Source: Felis catus (taxonomy: Eukaryota). Taken from it: a stretch of DNA of 64,000 nt. The notes beneath the pieces were generated by a model. It ran no database searches. It saw only the letters and a program-made list of their open reading frames with translations, and had not been told where the DNA came from. Both the position numbers and the translations under genes were made by a program. Shown here piece by piece: positions 62,791 to 64,000 of this stretch; position 1 is the first letter of the stretch; every line of letters starts with the position of its first letter. The stretch covers positions 116,128,001 to 116,192,000 of the forward strand of contig NC_058373.1 in assembly GCF_018350175.1 (NCBI RefSeq). Reading direction: 5' to 3'.

Positions 62791-63129
62791 CTTGAGATTT
62801 CCAAGAAGGATGAGGTGCTTTACTTTTTAGCTCTGTACCCAGATATTGATTGGTGTTTTATAATTATATAATGTAGGATTCACCTCCCCTGCTTTGACAT
62901 TTATTTTCCCGATATGATATAAAATGGTATGTAGCATATAACTAAAAAGAGATTCAGGGAAGGATTCTAAGGCACTTCCTTTCTCTTCCAAATTATCCTA
63001 ACCTTCATTCCATAGTTTTTCTAAGCTGGTGATAATGCCTTTGAATGTTGAAGAGTTACCAGGTGAAACCTAAGACAGGTGAAATCTTTAACTGAAAAGT
63101 CATTGCCTTCTGTGATGCTTTATTTTTTC

Positions 63130-63360
63130 TTTTTAAAAAAATTTTTTTTTAAAAATCTTTATTTATTTTTGACAGAGAGAGAGACAGAGTGCAAGTGGGG
63201 GAGGGTCAGAGAGAGAGGGAGACCCAGAATTAGGAGTAGGCTCCAGGCTCTGAGGTGTCAGCACAGAGCCTGATCGATGTGGGGCTCGAACTCACGAACC
63301 ACAAGATCATGACCTAAGCTGAAGTCTGACGCTTAACCAACTGAGTCACTCAGGCGCCCC
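63130..63360 (-). mobile_element. Can-SINE
   Basis: 19-bp TSD TGT(G/A)ATGCTTTATTTTTTC at 63111-63129 and 63361-63379. Confidence 0.93.
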
Positions 63361-64000
63361 TGTAATGCTTTATTTTTTCAACTTACATGGATTGTCAATT
63401 GATCATAACAGCTTTCTGCTGGGCATTGTGGGACAGGCTGAGAAGTGCCTTGCCCTCAAGGAATGTACAATTTGGTTGGAGGGATACACAGTAGCACACA
63501 GTTGAGCGTTACATGAATGGAACAAAGGAGTGCTTTAGGCTATTCAAAAAATAGATGAATGGATTTGAAGTTAGTCACAGCAGACTTTAGTAGGCAGGTG
63601 GAGGAATAAGTTTTTCTAGGTAAGGCGAATGGTCTCAGTAAAAGCATAGAGGCAGGAATTAATAAACGGACGGGCGTGTAGATTAAATTAAATAAATGGA
63701 TATACTGAAAGGGTTTACGATTGGGAGTAGTGGGAGCTACGTTAGAGAGGATAGTGGGATTCCGTTGTGGGGGACCTTGAAGGCCTGGCCAAGGAGTATA
63801 CCTTTAGTACTGGAGGCACCAGGAGGGAATTGAAAGCTTCTGAGAAAAGGAGGGGCACAGAAAAAGTGGATTAGGGGCGTTGATTTGTTGGTGGAAGGTA
63901 GAATGATTTTGAAGAGAGATTGGAGGTGAGAGAGGCTGTTTGGTACGAGTTGATGAGGGTACCCACCAGGATGGTTAGATCGACCTTGCGAAGGAAGGGT

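Overview
Mammalian genomic DNA, almost certainly from a felid (cat family). This rests on the very high density of carnivore tRNA-derived Can-SINEs, including several near-identical young SINEC_Fc-type copies, and on a feline-type L1 3' end. The only protein-coding content I can support is the 5' end of MAP3K9 (MLK1) on the minus strand. Coding exon 1 (13829-13430) has a poly-Ala/poly-Glu N-terminus and the SH3 domain. Exon 2 (6181-5768) encodes the kinase N-lobe through HRDLKSSN. Both have canonical GT-AG junctions, and the gene continues off the left edge. A CpG-island promoter (~13.2-14.65 kb) carries CCAAT and GC boxes. The remaining ~49 kb is upstream, apparently non-coding sequence made of roughly 40 Can-SINEs, solo LTRs (ERV1-like, MaLR/MLT1-like), L1, L2, MIR and MER5 fragments, and microsatellites. 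Almost all other ORFs in the track are repeat-derived or GC-rich artefacts. I found no convincing new biological system. The best leads are hypotheses about MAP3K9 regulation: a long out-of-frame overlapping uORF, a symmetric exon 2 whose back-splice would create an in-frame AUG and a stop-free circle, a possible divergent transcript, and a co-oriented upstream solo LTR. There are also several well-resolved nested insertion histories. Repeat family names are by-eye recognition, not database results.
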